DNA of 64,000 nucleotides from Octopus sinensis (lineage: Eukaryota), in the NCBI RefSeq assembly GCF_006345805.1, contig NC_043005.1:88660001-88724000 (forward strand), written 5' to 3'. Both the position numbers and the translations under genes were made by a program. Positions 63,531 through 64,000 of this stretch are shown one piece after another (positions within the stretch are counted from its first letter, which is position 1; every line of letters starts with the position of its first letter). The notes beneath the pieces are model-generated. The model was not told where the DNA came from, did no database searches, and saw only the letters and a list, made by a program, of their open reading frames with translations.

Positions 63531-63639
63531 CCGGCAGATGAAATATTTATTAATCTGTTTATGCTTGCACTTATGTTTTTATTTATACTCTCTCTTTTCT
63601 GTCTGTCTGTCTCTCTCTAATCCCACATGTTCAATGCAA

Positions 63640-64000
63640 AAATAGATGGATAAACAGACAGACAGATAGGTAAGTAGATAGAGAGATAAATATATAGGTA
63701 GATAGATAGATAGACAGATAGATAGATAAGTAGTTAGATAGATAGATAAATAGGTAAGTGGACAGATAGATAAATATATAGATAGATAAATATATAGTAT
63801 ATAGATTGTTTGATAGATAGATAGATAGATAGATAAGTAGTTAGATAAAGAGATAAGTAGATAGATTGACAGACAAACAGATAGATAGACAGATAGATAG
63901 ACAGATAGATAGATAGATATCTTTTTATAATGGCTACACAGGGCTGGGTAGATAGATGGACAGACAGATAGATAAATAGATAAATAGACAAGTAGATAAA
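63640..64000. repeat. (GATA/GACA)n microsatellite
   Basis: Seen directly. Confidence 0.95.

Overview
Eukaryotic, AT-rich, repeat-saturated intronic/intergenic DNA. The SINE, LINE and microsatellite repertoire looks like an octopod cephalopod (inference). Almost all six-frame ORFs are microsatellite read-throughs or transposon debris, and no host gene product could be recognised; only two short candidate first exons on the minus strand were seen (46799-46830, 37780-37848). Firm calls: one canonical tRNA-Asn(GTT); a full-length GC-rich Tc1 (DD34E) element broken by a single stop; a full-length decayed mariner; three non-autonomous Helitrons; hAT-, piggyBac- and Merlin/MULE-like MITEs and foldbacks; fragments of RTE, L1/Tx1, CRE-like and R4/Dong LINEs; many tRNA-derived SINEs. 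The most unusual signals are a set of hammerhead-ribozyme-like motifs with variant cores (one in a tRNA-headed element, one duplicated in a perfect 218-bp-arm palindrome beside a 191-bp perfect direct repeat), an RTE-like insertion with twin-priming geometry, and an apparent CpG-retaining central domain. Coordinates of degraded repeats are approximate.
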